NCBI RefSeq assembly: GCF_006345805.1
Contig: NC_043004.1
Span: 51,584,001 to 51,648,000, forward strand
DNA length: 64,000 nucleotides
Direction of reading: 5' to 3'
Source of the DNA: Octopus sinensis
Taxonomy: Eukaryota
The notes under the pieces: model-generated
The model's input: the letters and a program-made list of their open reading frames with translations, nothing else
Told to the model about the DNA's origin: nothing
Databases searched by the model: none
Translations under genes and position numbers: made by a program
In this document: positions 11,766 through 24,272 of the stretch, piece by piece
How positions within the stretch are numbered: position 1 is the stretch's first letter
How the letters are laid out: each line of letters begins with the position of its first letter

Positions 11766-12164
11766 TCTTTATATATAAAAGTGAGGTTGTGTGCTGTCTG
11801 TCTCCTACGATTTAGATTCCTAACTACTCCCACATTTTGTGGTGCAGTGTAACCAAAAGAGGGTATCTTATAGTCGTGATTCATATCGAGCCCTTCTGAG
11901 TATTAGCGTGCATATACGATGAGTCTACGATTTAAAAAAAAATTTACCATCATTTTTTCCATTTTTAATGCATTTTTTGCTATTATATAAGGGAAGTAAC
12001 TCTCTAAAAATGTATTATTAAATCTCAGAACGTAAAAAGCTACAGTAACAACCCCCCCCTTTGTGGTTAGCCATATTGAGATGGCTATTATACTTTACAT
12101 CTCTAAAAATGCTTATATAGTTATTTCCCTTACAAACCCAAGCAACGCCGGACGATACTGCTAG
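11766..12164 (+). mobile_element. Non-autonomous Helitron (~400 bp)
   Basis: 5' TC (A|TCTTTATATATAAAAG), subterminal hairpin CCCAAGCAACGCCGG, 3' CTAG|T. Confidence 0.75.
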
Positions 12165-12169
12165 TATAT

Positions 12170-12350
12170 ATATAGTGAGAATTTACAAAAAAAATAAAAG
12201 ACGAAGACAGGTGTGCAAACAACAAACAGATGTATTAGTTTAACGCTCAGGAAGTGAGAAAGTCTTTTACGTTTCGAGTCTACGGTCTTCAACAGAAAGG
12301 AACACAGAAATAAACAGGGGGAGAAAATAGAAAAGGCTTGGTGGCTAGTG
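12170..12350 (-). mobile_element. ~180-bp repeat with a hammerhead-like core (other copies at 29985-30165 minus and 45590-45735 plus)
   Basis: Three homologous copies give the consensus CTTT-CTGTTGA-A-GAGC-GTAG-GCTC-GAAAC-GTA-AAAG. Confidence 0.65.
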
Positions 12351-14330
12351 ATCTATCATAGCGAATGCTGGACAGAGGGGTCACACAGGAGAGCTTGGAA
12401 GAAGGGGAGGTATGTATGTTTGTATGTATGTATTATCATATGTTGTGCAAATATACCCATGGCAGTTTGTCAGACTCCCTCTATATGTGTTTGTGTATGC
12501 ATATCTATGTGTCTGCATATATTTTATGTATATACATGTATGTAGTTATGTATGTGCATGTATAAGCGTAAATGTGTGTGAATACATATTTATTTTCACA
12601 AATATGCTTAAAAAAATATGTATGATCCACTATGTATTTGATGTTTATTGTCCCAATGTCTAATTGTTTTGATCTGATATTTGCATTTAAATAATGGTCA
12701 ATTAGTTAGTTTTACTAGACATGCAGAATAATGCCTATTTTTCAAATTTCCATCCATTCTCTATTATGATCATACCACATATGTCTCTCTCACTAAACCA
12801 ATTAGAATAATCCATAGTTTATTTTTAGTCTATATTATTATATTTTATTTTATATTATTGTTTTATGTTTTAATGTTTTATTTTATTTTATTTTAACTTG
12901 ATTTTAATTTTCATGCATACTTTATCTATCTATTTATCTGTTTTCAAATTATAATATATAGTATATTCACTAATATTTAAAACCCATCAATCAAATACAC
13001 TTTCATAAATAGCTTTTAATCCACTAATACTCTATACTTCACTCAAAAGAAAAAATGATTACCTAAGTTATATATTAATCCTGAAGAAGTCCAGCTACCA
13101 TGTAGTTAGAATATGGTAATTATCTTAGCATTAAACCAAATGCTTTGAAATTACCATCAACTATATAATAGGACTGAAACATATATGTAGGTTCTTTTTC
13201 CTTTTTTTTAAATTTTGATTTATTTTTCTTTGAGCTTTCAACTTCTAATCAATTTATTTGTAGTTAGTTTTTTTCAAAAATGTCATCTTTTTGTAACATA
13301 CAAATGAATTATTATTTACATCCATTTATTCTTCATTTTCTTCTTGTTTTTCCTCAATATTATTTCAATAATCCTCGACATATACCAATGACTTTCACAT
13401 TATATGATACAAGTTAAACCAGTGGAATACCTTGGATATGACTTCCTTGAATTAACTAATTAACGGTGCTGAATTGTCAAACATTTAAACCAAATTTTCT
13501 CAAAACAACTTATTCGACAGTCCCATAGGCCTCCCCTTTGAGAAACACTGATTTAACCTAAATTTGAGGCACCAGCAAAAGAAGAAATAAAGATAGACTT
13601 TTTTTCTATTCCAAAGAAAAACGATTTTATCCACACAAATATGCAACCAAAGAGTTTAAAGTACCAGTAATGATAAGGCTGTTGACTGGGAGAACACAAA
13701 CATGGTTTAAACAGTAAGCTTGGCAAGAAAGAAACGTGCTTTTGAGCAGTACAAAAACAACAAAAAATGGAAGGTGCAGTTATGTACAGGCTGACGGATG
13801 AAAAGCAGGACAAAAATGGCTTTATCGATCGCATTCTAACCTGGATCCAAGAAGACACACAGACAGACAGACAGAAAGGATTTTATATAAGATATATATA
13901 TATATATATATATAATCATCATCATCATCATTTAAAGTCTGTTTTCCATAACTGGCATGGGTTAGACAGTTTGACAGGAGCTGACCAGTTGAAGGCTGTT
14001 CAAGTTCTATGTGTGTTTTGGCATGTTTCTATGGCTAGATGCCTTTCCTAATGCCAACTGCTTTACAGAGTGTACTGGGTGCTATTACGCAGTATCAGCA
14101 TGGATGCTTTTTTTTATGTGGCACCAGCACTTATGACCCAGCAAAATTAGGGATACTCAGCTGAAGAAGGTTGGATGCAAGGGCAACCATGCTTTTACTT
14201 AGCTTGGTGTGTCTTTTCAAGCATGGAAAACTATCAAGAGTCTCAGTCCCCTGTCATCCCTTTTGTGAATACCATATAGATAGATGGGCAGGCGGACAAT
14301 CATACACACAGCTATATATACATACATATT

Positions 14331-14566
14331 AGGGCGGCGAGCTGGCAGAAACGTTATCACGCCGGGCGAAATGCGCAGCCATATTTCGTCTGTCATTACG
14401 TTCCGAGTTCAAATTCCGCCGAGGTTTACTTTGCCTTTCATCCTTTCGGGGTCAATAAAAAAAGTACCAGTTACACACTGGAGTCGATATAATCAACTTA
14501 ATCCCTTTGTCTGTCCTTGTTTGTCCCCTCTATGTTTAGCCCCTTGTGGGTAGTAAAGAAATATAT
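14331..14566 (+). mobile_element. SINE family B
   Basis: Full length, flanked by a duplicated TATATATACATACATAT. Confidence 0.9.
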
Positions 14567-15783
14567 ATATACATACATATACCATACTCTCTGTTGTTTT
14601 TTTCCTTGATTTTTCTTTCTTTTGGTAATGTATTAACTAAGAACTATTTGAGAAAACTAAAAGTTCTATAAAAAGGCTGCAATGAAAGTGTAATTCTTTG
14701 ATAATTGGAATCTGGATACACATGACAACAATAAATCTAGATTTAAAAATGCATAGGAGTTCACATGCTAATAAAACATCTGTAATTATTTGAAATTTAA
14801 AAAAAATATTATTCAATCTAATAAGAAATATATTCTGTAAATTAAACAGCAAATTCATGAGCCACATATGAGCAACTTGAAGTTGTTTGACTATCCAAAA
14901 GTATGTTAATTCTGATAAGGTATATAACCACTTTAGATTAAAATGTTTATAGAAATCCATTATCTAATGGTATCATTAATATATACACAACTATCTCACG
15001 CTGACACTTGCAACAAATCTATTAACCTAGAAATGAAGTAGATCGCATCTTCACTTCAAATATATGACGAAATAGAAGCCTTTGTTCTCTTCTTTCAAGG
15101 GTTAGAATTATTTTGCTAGCCCCTGTAAGTGTAACATTAATCAACCCTCCAAAAGCAATTCAAGACATTTTAATGAAGGACATAAGTATTGTAAAATTGT
15201 TGATAGAAATACTATTAAAGGTTCTTACTCTTGTCACCAAGATTTTAGCATCTCTACTCTTCTAATTAATGTAAAACATAGGTCTAATAATAGTAATCAC
15301 CTGGATTAGCTCCACTGGCCATGGCATTTGGTCCATTTCCCTCATGCTCTCACCATTCTCCTCCATGTTGTTCCAAACAATTTTCTTAAATCATCTTCCC
15401 ACCAAAAACAAACGCAGGTACAATTGTAGGAATGCTGTTTACTGCCCACTCAGTGGAAACTTTCATACCAGTTTCTTCATATACTGTGCCAAGAAGATCC
15501 TCAGTTCTATCATTCTTGGAGTTAGAAACTGATGAAACTTCAGTTAAGTAATATTAGCTTGTTAGTTATAGTATGGACTAATCCTTTAGTTATAGAATGG
15601 ACTAATCCTTTGGTTATTATATTTCTGTTGAAACACACTGTTTCAATTAATTTTGAAAATAATGAAGAATTTAGTAAATAGCTAGAATATTGAGCAAAAC
15701 CTAGCAAGCAGGGCCTCATCTCAGTGATGGACGGTGGGGCAGAATGCAGTAATGCTGCTAAGAGGAAGGTCCCAAAACAGCTC

Positions 15784-16310
15784 AATATTCAAGAGTAATA
15801 CAACACTTCGCAAATATCTCCTTCGGGTAAAACCCCCAATAGAAGAGAATGTGATCAAAAACTGCATGTACTTCATCCCATGCAGCTGTGGTAGGTTATA
15901 CAAAGGTGAAACATGCTGCCCCTTCAAAATAAGGGTAGACGAACATTGCAAAGCTGTGACGCAAGGAGATATTGATAAATCGGGTATAACTGATCATGTA
16001 TGGAAAAATGGAGACCACCTCCCCCTGTGGGATAAAGTTAAAATAATAGACAGAGAACACCATTGGAAAATATGGAAATTAAAAGAAGCAGCACATATGC
16101 TAAGACACAACCACCTCCTAAGCAGACCAATTGCAGACATGAGTAACATATGGGAATCAGTATTAAGGAAGGATAGGAAAATATTAGATTTATAAGCCCT
16201 AAACTTCACTCCATAATTGCCCATGGGCATATGGCATAGTGGTTAAGAGTACTAACCTGAAGATCCCAAGTTCGATTCCAGGCAGTGACCTGAATAAGAA
16301 TAATAATAAT
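15784..16310 (+). mobile_element. Penelope-like GIY-YIG endonuclease fragment + tRNA-like segment
   Basis: NCMYFIPCSCGRLYKGET..FKIRVDEH..SGITDHVW..WDKVKIIDRE..KLKEAAHM, with stop at 16195. Confidence 0.9.
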
Positions 16311-16519
16311 AATGTACATTGGTTGATATGTTTTGAATTTGTTGCATTACCCTTTAGCCTTTGAACCAGCCGTATCTAGTCCAAATATGCTCTCTGTTTT
16401 GATACTGAAACCTGCCTTGTGTAGCTTTTCAGGCACCTACCCTACAATCATCATCATCATCATCATCATCGTTTAACGTCCATTCTCCATGCTAGCATGG
16501 GTTTCTAAAAACAAGCAAT

Positions 16520-17040
16520 CATATCTTCGAAATCTCAAAGCTTTGCAATGTTCGTCTACCCTTATTTTGAAGGGGTGGCATGTTTCACCTTTGTATAACC
16601 TACCACAGCTGCATGGGATGAAGTACATGCAGTTTTTGATCACATTCTCTTCTATTGGGGGTTTTAACCGAAGGAGATATTTGCGAAGTGTTGTATTACT
16701 CTTGAATATTGTCCTGATGTCATGGGCCACATATCTTTTTTATCTTTTCAGAGAGGTCTTTCACATAGGGTAGACAGACTGTGGACAGTTTATTGGCCTC
16801 CCCCTCTCACTTCATAATTGGAGTGGATAGTATACTTTTGGGGTAGTTGTTGTTTAACAGATCGTTATTGAGCTTTATCATTTCTTCATGATATGTATCA
16901 CGATCGCTACTTATATTCTTTGCATGATGTTTTAGGCACTGAGCAATCCCTCTCTTTACACTGTATGGATGGTGGGAATTGAAGTTGAGGTATCATTCAG
17001 TGAAGATCAGCTTGCAGTATACGGCTGTCTTGAATCCATA
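16520..17040 (-). mobile_element. Penelope-like RT C-terminus / linker / GIY-YIG N-terminus
   Basis: YLNFNSHHPYSVKRGIAQCL, VCLPYVKDLSEKIKKIC..DIRTIFK, YFIPCSCGRLYKGET. Confidence 0.9.
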
Positions 17041-17044
17041 CTTG

Positions 17045-17285
17045 GTGTGTGTTATTAATATGTCCAGAAACTAAAAGAAGCAGCACATATGTTAGGACAC
17101 AACAACCTCCTAAGCAGACCAAGTGCAGATATGAATAGCATATGGGAACCAGTATAAGGAAGGATAGGAAAATATTAGATTTATAAGCCCTAAAATTTAC
17201 TCCATAATTGCCCATGGGCATATGGCATAGTGGTTAAGAGTACGGGCTATTAACCCCTAGATTTTGAGTTTGATTCCAATGCATG
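17045..17285 (+). mobile_element. Penelope-like GIY-YIG C-terminal end + tRNA-like segment
   Basis: Homologous to 16075-16280. Confidence 0.8.
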
Positions 17286-17934
17286 ATTAATACAAAACAA
17301 TGTGAATAAATAAGCATTACATTTAACAGAATAAAATATTGAAAAGTCAATTATTTATATCCATTTTTGCCTGTTAAAAAATGTTCAGAACTTTCTGAAA
17401 AACTTAATAGAACAAATGTAGCCAAGAAGTTTCTTAAATTAGTCTCATATCATTCTAAAAGAAAATAGAGGTATATAAAATCTTTTCTAGAAATTCTATT
17501 AAAGGTTTTTATTCTTGTTGCCAAAATTTTGTCACTATGAATTCAATTAATGCAACAGGTATCCAATAATAATTATACCAAAACAAAGAACAGATGTTAT
17601 AGTAGAAACTAGTCACTACTCACTGAATCTTGCCAGTTCCTTGGTAGAATGTAGCTAATGGTAGCTGAACTTTTACATCAGATCAGTAGAAAAATGAATT
17701 TAAGTCAAGATTTTACTTGCATAAATAATTTATTGGTTGACCCAAACAGAAAATTTACTACCAGACTTTTTAAAAATATATTTGGAAAGTAAGCCTAAAT
17801 AGTGGTAGTAACTTTTATTTTAAAAAAATAGTCCATCCTTGCTTCCACATTTGTTTTTTACAAACATGTCAATAGAAAGAACCTGAGTTGTGATTTTTGC
17901 TTAACAAAATAGGTTTAACTATTACAGCAGAATA

Positions 17935-18530
17935 AGGTGGCAAGTTGGCAGAATCGTTAGCATGCTGGGTAAGATGCTTTGCGACATTTCGTCTGTATTT
18001 GTGTTCTGAATTCAAATTCTACAGAGGTCGACTTTGCCTTGGGGTCAGTAAAATAAGTACTAGATGAATATTGAGGGTCAATGTAATCAACTTGGCCCCA
18101 TCTTTGAAATTGTTGGCTTTATGCCAAAATGTGAAACTATTATTGTAGCAGAATAAGGTGGTGAGCTAGTAGAATCACTAGCAGACCAGACAAAATGCTT
18201 TGTGGCATTTTGTCCATCTTTACATTCTAAGTTCATATGCTGCCAGGGTCAACTTTATCTTTCATCTTTCCAGGGTCAGTAAAATAAGTGCCAGTTGAAC
18301 ACTGGGGTTGATGTAATTGACTTATCTCCCTCTCCTGAAATTACTGACTATGTGGCAAAATTTTAAATCAAAATTACAGCAGAGTGAGCTTGGCAGCATC
18401 TTTTCTGGATCTTCACATACTAAGCTCAAATTCTGTCATGGTCAACTTTGCCATTCCTCCTTTCAGGGTCGATAAAATAAGTACCAGTTGAACACTATGG
18501 GTCGATGTAATTGACTTATCCTCTCCCCGT
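17935..18530 (+). mobile_element. Three tandem diverged SINE-B-like copies lacking the Tx1 tail
   Basis: Repeated GGCAGAATC..GAGTTCAAATT..GACTTTGCC..AATAAGTAC core. Confidence 0.7.
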
Positions 18531-19122
18531 CTTACTGTTGTTGGGGCAGGATTCTAGAGCTGAAGGTCATTCCTGATGCGAACCCTTACTTATTTCATAA
18601 GTAAGGTAGTTTATTCCCTGAATTCACTTGAGCCACTGAGCTACTGAATTTTCCGTTCATGTGGGATGTAAACAACACTACCACAAACAAGCAGTGCCAG
18701 TATGTAGAGAGGAAGATACATGTGCTCATACATTTACAAATATATGCATACATGTAAGCACAAACATACAGACATACACATATATGAGATATGCCCAGTA
18801 TGGGCATGGGAAGACCATAGTTCATGAGTACTCAATTAGAGCACTAGTGTAGCTAGAGTGTGCTGTCCGGGGTGGCCCTTCTGTTTGCCACCACTGGACT
18901 CCACAAAAAACACATATTACCTATGGCAGACCAAAAGTGCTGCCTGGGGTGGACCACACCTACCCCCCCCCCTCCTGGGCTATGCTAGTGCATTACAGGT
19001 ATGTTTATTAGTAGGTAAAGGCTGTACAGAATGCTTATCTATTTCAAGTATCCAGTGTGTGAAACCACTGATGTTTTGGTAGACCCTTTTGCTATCAATA
19101 TATATATATATATATATATATA

Positions 19123-20744
19123 CAGTATCTCACAGAAGTATGTACTCTTAAGAAATTTCAGTAAAATTGCCATTACTCTGAAGATATTGAAAGAAATCAA
19201 ATGTAATTTATACTGAATAAAATATATTATACATGCGAACATTATTCAAATTTGGAACACAAAACAATGAATATTTTCAAAGATATGAACGAAATGTCAG
19301 TTTTCAAACAATGCAAAAATATGTACACCCTAAAGGGTTATTTGCTATATTCAATATTTGGTGTGACTGTCTTTGCTTTCAATGACTGCATTAAGTCTTT
19401 TGGGCATAGAGTCGACTAAATTTCCACATATAACTGAAATCAACCGCCATTCATCCTGAACAATGTCTTTCAACTGTGTTACGTTACAGGGTTTTTTCTC
19501 CTCAACCTTCCTTTTTAAAACCTCCAACAGTTGTTCTATTGGATTTAAATCAAGTGACACATGGTAGGCCAAGGCAATACCTTTTCCTTTTTATCTGATA
19601 AAAACTTACTCGTCATTTTTGAAGTGTGTTTAGGGTCATTATCATGTTGGAAGTTGGATGTCTTCCGAGTTCCTTGATGCTTTCCAACATTATTTTCTGC
19701 AATATGTCACAATAAAGCCTTGAAGCCATTGTTCTCTCGATAAATGCGAGTCCTCCCACACCAGCAGCACTCATGCATCCCCAAAGCATAACACTTCTGC
19801 CACCGTGTTTCACGCTAGGCACAGTGCATTTGTTGCTATCATCTTCACTTGGTCGTCACCATACTCGTTTAATACTATCTGACCTAAACAAGTTGATTTT
19901 AGTCTCGTCAGAAGAAAGAATTTTATTCCAAAAAAACCTTAGCCTTACTTGCATAGGTTTCAGCAAAAGAAAGACGACTTGACTTATGCCTGGTAGTGAG
20001 GAGAGGTTTCCTACAAGGAATGTGTTCATGAAGACCTCACTGGTTCAGACTTTGGTGAACTGGTTGAGCAGATACACACTTTCCACTTACAGAAGACACT
20101 TCCTGGGCCAAAGATGGAGCTGTACGATGCCTGTCATCCATCACACAATGTTGGATTTGGCGAATATCACATGCAGTTAAAATAGATGGAGGACCTGTAC
20201 AATGTTTATTGCTTAGCCATCCAGTAGCTTTGTACTCCTGAATTACTTTGGCAACATTGTTTATGCTAATATGTATTCATTTGCTAATTAACTTGTATCA
20301 TAAACCATTTTTGTGCAAATTAAAAATAATTTTCTTCAAATCTTCAGACAATTCTTTTACTTTTGGTGTCATTTTAATCACAATGAACATTTTCACTGCA
20401 GTACACAAATCAGAATTCTTGCAAATGCAATAACAATGATTGCTGCAAAAATGCCAGGAGAAATAATTTATTAGGATTAAAATTATCAGCAATATCTGAA
20501 TTTAGAAAAAGTGGGTAAATTATTGAATAAGCAAATTTCCTTTAGGGTGTACATATTTTTGTAATGTTTTGAAAATTAATTATTTTGTTCATATCTTTGA
20601 AAATGTTTATTGTTTTTCATTCCAAATTTGTATAATGTTTGTATATATTTTATATATATTTTATTCAGTATAAATTTTGTTATTAGAGCAATGGCAATTT
20701 TATTGAAATTATTTTAGGGATTTACATATTTCTGTGATATACTG
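19123..20744 (-). mobile_element. Tc1-family DNA transposon, IR/DR subgroup (~1.62 kb), with a disrupted DD34E transposase
   Basis: TA flanks. ~240-bp TIRs start CAGTAT(C/A)TCACAGAA(G/A)TATGTA and carry an inner direct repeat AAAAATATGTACACCC. Fragments MTPKVKELSEDLKKII, VKHGGRSVMLWGCM, HDNDPKH and DLNPIEQL..RLNAVIESKDSHTKY. Confidence 0.93.
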
Positions 20745-21356
20745 TATGTTAGTATGTAGGCATGTATATATATATTGTTAATCGAATATATTCTATGAGA
20801 ATACAATATACTGAATTTCTAATAAGTGCTCTTGGTAGGGAAATGTGTAAAACAGTAAAAGTATTTAGACATTTAATAAGAGTGATTCTATATTATAAAA
20901 TAAACGGCTATTTTTACATTTGCATAAAATATAACAATGACATCCTCCAGTTTTATATATACGACTATAAAAGGCAAAAATTTAACTACTTTTATTTTCT
21001 GCATCGATGGATCACACATTGAAGAGAACAGAATTATGGGATTTATATTACACACAGCCATTATGGAGTACCGCTGAGGATTTTACCATGGATGTATATT
21101 TTTCCTTCAAAATTTTTAGCACAAGATTGTACAAACGCATATGTACGCCAGTAACTATTAAAAAATATCTTTACACAACATCTTTTCCATATATTTTTAA
21201 GTAGCGTTCGATTGGCTACATGGAAATTCGTCCCCTTTCACTCTCTCTCTATATATATATGTAACCAGAAAGGTTGGTTAGACCATTGTGCTAATAACGC
21301 AAATGTCTTGGGTTTGAGCTTCATACTGGCCAAAGATTTGCCTTTTTTTTTATAGC

Positions 21357-21930
21357 CACATGCATAGCTGTGTGGCAAGAAGCTTGCTTCCAGACGATAT
21401 GGTTCAGGATTCAGTCCCACTGCACTGCACCTTGAGCAAGTGTTTTCTGGTATAGCATCAGGCTGACCAAAGCCTTCTGAACAGATGGAAACTGAAAGAA
21501 GTCTGTTGTACACATGGCTCAGTGGTTAGAGTGTCAGGCTCACAGTCATGAGGTAGTGAGTTCAATTCCTGGACTGGGCTGTGTGTTGTGTTCTTGAGCA
21601 AGACACTTTATTTCATGTTGTTCCAGTTCACTCAGCTGTAGAAATGAGTTGCAACATCACTGGTGCCAAGCTGTATCAGCCTTTACCTTCTGATGGTCAT
21701 TCATGACCAAAAGAGTCTTTACCCTATAAGTGTGTGTGTGTGTGTGTGTCCCTCACCTCTGCTTGACAATTGGTGTTGGTGTGTTTATGCCTGTAACTTA
21801 GCAGTCTGGCAAAAGAGATTGATAGAATATGTACCAGCCTTAAAAAAATATAAGTACTGAGGTCGATTCATTTGACTAAAAATTCAAGGCCACAGTCTTA
21901 TGATTGAAACAAGTAAAAGTTACAAGAGAA
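21357..21930 (+). mobile_element. SINE family A split by another tRNA-SINE (21512-21695)
   Basis: Left half at 21357-21505 and right half at about 21730-21930. The inner element has A box TGGCTCAGTGG and B box GTTCAATTCC. Confidence 0.7.
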
Positions 21931-22039
21931 AATATATGTGTGTTTGTGTGTATATGTATATGGTTACTCTTTTAAGTTTATATGTGTGTGTGTGTGCATA
22001 TACTTGCTTATATGAACATACATATTTACATGTATATAC

Positions 22040-22449
22040 TCTTTACTCTTTTACTCTTTTACTTGTTTCAGTCATTTGACTGCGGCCATGCTGGAGCACC
22101 GCCTTTAATCGAGCAACTCGACCCCGGGACTTATTCTTTGTAAGTCCAGTACTTATTCCATCGGTCTCTTTTGCCAAACCGCTAAGTGACGGGGATGTAA
22201 ACACACCAGCATCGGTTGTCAAGCAATGATTGGGAGACAAACACAAACATACACGCGCACACACATATACATATATATACATATATACGACGGGCTTCTT
22301 TCAGTTTCCGCCTACCAAATCCAGTCACCAAGCTTTGGTCGGCCCGAGGCTATAGTAGAAGGCACTTGCCCAAGGTGCCACATAGTGGGACTAAACCCGG
22401 TACCATGTGGTTGATAAGCAAACTACTTACCACACAGCCACTCCTGTGC

Positions 22450-22450
<1 letters not shown>
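22040..22450 (-). mobile_element. SINE family A
   Basis: Full-length reverse copy. Confidence 0.9.
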
Positions 22451-22484
<34 letters not shown>

Positions 22485-23582
22485 CGTATGAGTGTGTGTA
22501 CACACATGCGCCCCATTTCCCAAAATTTTGTAATTTATCAAGTCTTCAGGAGTTCCCCTCCTCCCCGCCTGTTTGCCCCCCCCCCCCCCATCCATTGCTT
22601 TCTACATTCTCTTCTATCACCACCACCACCAGTCACCGCTACCATTGTTGTATAATTCCTTCTTCGTGTACCTTTTCTCTCACTTTGGTAACCTCCTCCT
22701 CTTTCTGCTATACTGAACACTCCTCTCCCCCCACCTCCTCCACCCCTCATATTTTTTCCTCTTTACTCTTATCTTTCATCAACTCCTAACCCCCTCCCCC
22801 ACAACCACCACCACCACCCCTTACAGTAATTCATGTAAAGCAATAGCACACACACACACACACACACATAAACACACAGAGATACACACATACACACACT
22901 GAAATCAGCAGATCTTGCAATCTTCAGGTTTGTGTTATGTTGTAAACCAGGTCAAGAATGTTATGAGATACTCATTGAAACTCTCTTCCTTTCTTCATTA
23001 CTCCTGACAGTATGAGCATGTGTGTGTATGTTGTGAGGGGGGGGGCAGCTTCGAGTACTTATCTCTTTCTTTAGACCACTCATATGCGTGTACATACACA
23101 AGTAGTACTAAAAATGCACGCTGCTTTGTGTATGTGTATGTGTGTATCATTATATATGTGTGTGTTGCGATTTGGTTGCGATTTGGCATGGTGGCAAATA
23201 CTCTCTCAAAGCGCTGGGTGTTAGAACATTTGAAAGACACGGACTGGTGAGATAATGTTTCTATACGTTCAGTATATGTGGTTGATATTGTCTTTTTACA
23301 CTAACACAGCTTCTATTTCATATTTGACTGCCAAAAGAGAAGCTAGGAGACAGGTTTATTTAGCCAAAGGGGAAGCAGATAAGAAAAAATTTGCCAATGT
23401 TCTGCGCCGTGAGGACCAAAGACTGGAGGTGTTTCGCGTTGCAAGACAGTGTGTGAGAGAGAATCATGATGTGGTAGGAGAGAAGTGTGTTCGCATGGAA
23501 GATGGTTCACTTGCGCTAAATGAGGATGCAAAGAGAGAGGTTTGGAGATGCCACTATGAAAGGTTGCTGAATAAAGAAAATG

Positions 23583-23924
23583 AAGGAATGCGTTCAGGAA
23601 GACCTCACTGGTTCAGACTTTGGTGAACTGGTTGAGCAGATACACACTTTCCACTTACAGAAGACACTTCCTGGGCCAAAGATGGAGCTGTACGATGCCT
23701 GTCATCCATCACACAATGTTGGATTTGGCGAATATCACATGCAGTTAAAATAGATGGATGACCTGTACAATGTTTATTGCTTAGCCATCCAGTAGCTTTG
23801 TACTCCTGAATTACTTTGGCAACATTGTTTATGCTAATATGTATTCATTTGCTAATTAACTTGTTTCATAAACCATTTTTGTGCAAATTAAAAATAATTT
23901 TCTTCAAATCTTCAGACAATTCTT
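23583..23924 (-). other. 342-bp near-identical copy of Tc1 internal segment 20015-20356 inserted in the RTE ORF
   Basis: Direct comparison of the two segments shows only about 4 substitutions. No TIRs are present. Confidence 0.9.
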
Positions 23925-24272
23925 GTTGAATGTTGACCCAACAGAGGGACCAGCTCTCCGAGTTGATAGTTCCGTGGTAGCTAAGGCAATTAGAAGCATG
24001 AAGACAGGGAAAGCCCCAGGCCCATCAGGAATCACTGCAGAGATGCTCAAAATGTCTGGTAGTGTCGGCTATAGCCTAGTCACCCATATAGTTAATCAGG
24101 TGATACACAAAGGAGTCATACCCAATGACTGGTGTAGCAGCATAATAGTCAACTGCTACAAAGGTAAAGGTGACGCCCTAGATACAAATAACTACAGAGG
24201 TATCAAGCTGTTGGATCAGGTGATGAGAGGGTCATAGCCCAACTAATTAGAGAGAGAGTTAGTTTAGATGAG

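Noticed and set aside
13553-13860. ORFs 13553-13858 and 13767-14051
   Set aside because: There are no recognisable motifs or convincing splice sites. This is probably decayed transposon sequence.
15300-15537. Minus-strand exon-like segment with acceptor and GTGATT donor
   Set aside because: It contains stops. WEDDLRKLFGTTW resembles a LINE C-terminus.
16215-16290. Genuine tRNA genes
   Set aside because: The A/B boxes here and in SINE heads lack complete cloverleaves and are embedded in repeats, so they are called tRNA-derived only.
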